Positions 61,196 through 64,000 of a DNA stretch of 64,000 nt are shown here, piece after piece. The stretch comes from Centroscyllium fabricii. Lineage: Eukaryota. The DNA is taken from positions 176,080,001-176,144,000 of the forward strand of contig JBNRSN020000011.1 in the NCBI GenBank assembly GCA_051313645.2. Reading direction: 5' to 3'. A program made the position numbers and the translations under genes. The notes under the pieces are model-generated. The model had not been told where the DNA came from, searched no databases, and saw only the letters and a program-made list of their open reading frames with translations. Position 1 is the stretch's first letter. Every line of letters begins with the position of its first letter.

Positions 61196-61457
61196 TGTGG
61201 TAAACCTGTAATACTGTTTACCACCACTGTTATACTGTGCTGTATATAGTTACCTCTTGTCCCACTGTATCTACCTGGGATGTCTCTCCCGGCTCCGCCC
61301 CCAGGCTCCACCCACAGGCTCCGGTATAAAGGTGGCAGCCCTGCTGACCCCTGACATTCCAGGACCAGATAGTGTTGAGACCTGTACTTCAGTTCTTTTG
61401 TTAATAAAAGCCTTGATTACCTAATTCTGTCGATTAGCAGTAATTGATCGTGCATCA
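61196..61457 (+). mobile_element. Solo LTR inserted in a Penelope hammerhead
   Basis: TGTGGTAAAC...GTGCATCA ends, TATAAA and AATAAAA motifs, and TSD GGCCC/GACCC. Confidence 0.85.
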
Positions 61458-62277
61458 GACCCTTCGTCAGAACTGGAAAAAGCTGGAGATGTAACAGGAT
61501 TTTGTTTGGATGATTTATGTTTGAGTGATAAATATTGGATACCGGGGAGAACTCCCGCGCTCGTTATAATCGTGAAATGGGTTTGTTTAGATCCAGCTGA
61601 AAGCGAAAACAGGGACTCTGTTTTAACGTCTCATCTGAAAGACGGCACCTTCGACAGTGCAGCGCTCCCTCAGCGCTTCGATTCTGTGCTCGAGCCTCTG
61701 GTTAGAAGCTAGCCCTATGTGTGCAGCTATCTTAGGTTGTGGGTGGAACACCAATCGTGGGCTTGGCTGATTGTTTTTATGTGGGCAGAAATTGGTTCTT
61801 ATATGACGTACCCACTGAGGTGTAGCTGCTTGACCGTGCAGAGAGATTGGTCTTGCTAGGATGTGCCATGAAACAATCTCTTCCTGTTTGGCATAAATCA
61901 GTCTCGATTTGAGCAAAAAAAAATTGATACTGCAACTTGCCTCTTTACTCCATGCCCCAGTTATCGCCGTACCATATACGCAAGAGTAAAGTTTGGGGAC
62001 TCCAAATCCTTTGGGAGCTGGGTGATTAGATTAAGAGCGGGTTTTTTTTCATTGTGACAAAGGGATATTCCAAAATAGAGCCTTTGGATAGTTTATGGTG
62101 ACGAAGGGTCAAATGACTGGAAACTCCTATCTCTCTATGCTGTTTTGTTAGGAGATATTAATGAGAAAGCAGACGTGCTCATAGTCATAGAATCATAGAA
62201 TCATAGAAAATAGGTGCAGGAGTAGATCATTCGGTCCGTCGAGCCTGCACCGCCATTCAATACGTTCATGGCTGAAC

Positions 62278-64000
62278 ACAAGAACACAACACAATAGCAC
62301 AAGAACAGAAGACACAAGAACACAGGAACACAAGAACACTAGAACCCCAGAAATAGGAGCAGGAGTAGGCCATCGGCCCCCCGAGCCCGCCCCCTCCCCA
62401 TCAAGATCGTTGCTGATCCTACCCTAACCTTCGTACCACTATCACCCTTCTCCCACCCAAAGAACCGTGTGATCTCCTGGGAGAGGCGAAAAACCGGATA
62501 AAAACCCAGGTCCAATTTGGGAAAATAAATCCGGGAAATTCCTCTCCGACCCCAATCCAGGCGATCGAAACTTGTCCAGGAGACCACTCAGGTCTTACTA
62601 TACTAACCATAACTCAGGTCCACTTCCCTGCCCGCTCCCCGTAACCCTTAATTCCCTTGTCAGCTAAAAAACAGTCTATTTCGGTTTTAAATTTATTTAA
62701 TGTTCCCGCTTCCACAGCTCCCTGGGGCAGTGAATTCCATAGATTAACCACCCTCTGGGTGAAGAAGTTTCTCCTCATTTCAGTTTTAAAAGAGCCCCCC
62801 CTTATTCTAAGACTATGCCCCCTAGTTCTGGTCTCCCCGATCATTGGAAACATCCTTTGCGCATCCACCCGATCAAGGCCCCTCACGATCTTATACGTTT
62901 CAATAAGATCGCCTCTCATTCTTCTGAACTCTAAAGAGTAGAGTCCCAACCTACTTAACCTTTCCTCATATGTCAACCCCCTCATCGCTGGAATTAACCG
63001 TGTAAACCTTCTCTGCACTGCCTCCAGGGCAAGTACATCCTTTCTTAAGTATGGACACCAAAACTGCACACAGTATTCCAAATGCGGTCTCACCAATACT
63101 GTGTACAGCTGCAGCAAGACCTCCCTGTTTTTATACTCTATCCCCCTAGCAATAAAGGCTAAGACTCCATTGGCCTTCCTAATCACTTGCTGCACCTGCA
63201 TACTAACTTTTTGTGATTCATGCACTAATACCCCCAGGTCCCTTTGCGTTGTATTACAACGCAGCTCCTCCCCATTTAGAAAATAACTTGCCCTATGATT
63301 TTTTTTTCCAAAGTGTATAACTTCACATTTGTCAGTATTAAATTTCATCTGCCAGGTTGCTGCCCAATCACCTAGCTTATCTATATCCTTTTGCAGGCTT
63401 TTTCTGTCCTCCTCACTCCCTGCTTTTCCTCCCATTTTTGTGTCATCTGCAAACTTTGATATATTACACTTGGTCCCCTCCTCCAAATCATTTATATAGA
63501 TTGTAAACAGCTGGGGTCCCAGCACCGACCCCTGCGGAACACCGCTAGTCACCGATTGCCATCCCGAGTATGAACCATTTATCCCAACTCTCTGCTTCCT
63601 GTTTGAGAGCCAATCCTCTACCCATGCTAATATATTTCCCCCAATCCCATAATTTTTTATTTTAAGCAAAAGTCTCTTATGTGGCACCTTGTCAAAAGCC
63701 TTTTGGAAGTCCAAGTATACCACATCCACCGGTTCCCCTTTATCGACCCGAGATGTTACTTCCTCAAAGAATTCGAGCAGATTAGTTAAACATGACTTCC
63801 CCTTCGTAAAACCATGCTGACTCTGTCCGATTAAGTCATGTTTATCCAAGTGCCCCGTCAGTGTTTCTTTAATAATGGTCTCTAACATTTTACCCACCAC
63901 AGATGTTAGACTAACCGGTCTATAGTTACCAGCCTTCTGTCTACTTCCCTTTTTAAATAAAGGTGTTACATTAGCCATTTTCCAATCCACCGGGACCCTT
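62278..64000 (-). mobile_element. CR1 LINE running off the window end; ORF2 open over 62614-63990
   Basis: 458-aa RT with [18 protein letters not shown] and FADDTK, a long structured 3' UTR, and a GTGTTCTT-type tail. Confidence 0.95.

Overview
Eukaryotic, repeat-saturated DNA that looks like a cartilaginous-fish (shark) intron or intergenic region, judged from V-SINE (HE1-type) and Deu-type SINEs and many CR1 LINEs. It contains one near full-length CR1 LINE with an intact ORF2 inserted into a Rex1-like LINE, a Gypsy LTR retrotransposon nested in a related Gypsy element, a truncated CsRn1-type Gypsy, at least seven solo LTRs, three copies of a CpG-rich Harbinger-type MITE, pogo/Tigger- and hAT-type MITEs, a Vingi-like LINE tail, and Penelope-type inverted cassettes carrying minimal hammerhead motifs. 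Only one candidate host exon was seen (45280-45354). The strongest signal is a Gypsy lineage without a tRNA primer-binding site. In both complete elements the 12-13 nt after the 5' LTR are the exact reverse complement of the element's own poly(A)-signal region. A third, related LTR has been folded back from that same pairing into a 469-bp U3-ended palindrome integrated with a 5-bp TSD. A covarying RNA structure in the 3' UTR of two CR1 copies also stands out. Coordinates were counted by eye: TSD-bounded ends should be close to exact, and ends of decayed repeats are approximate.
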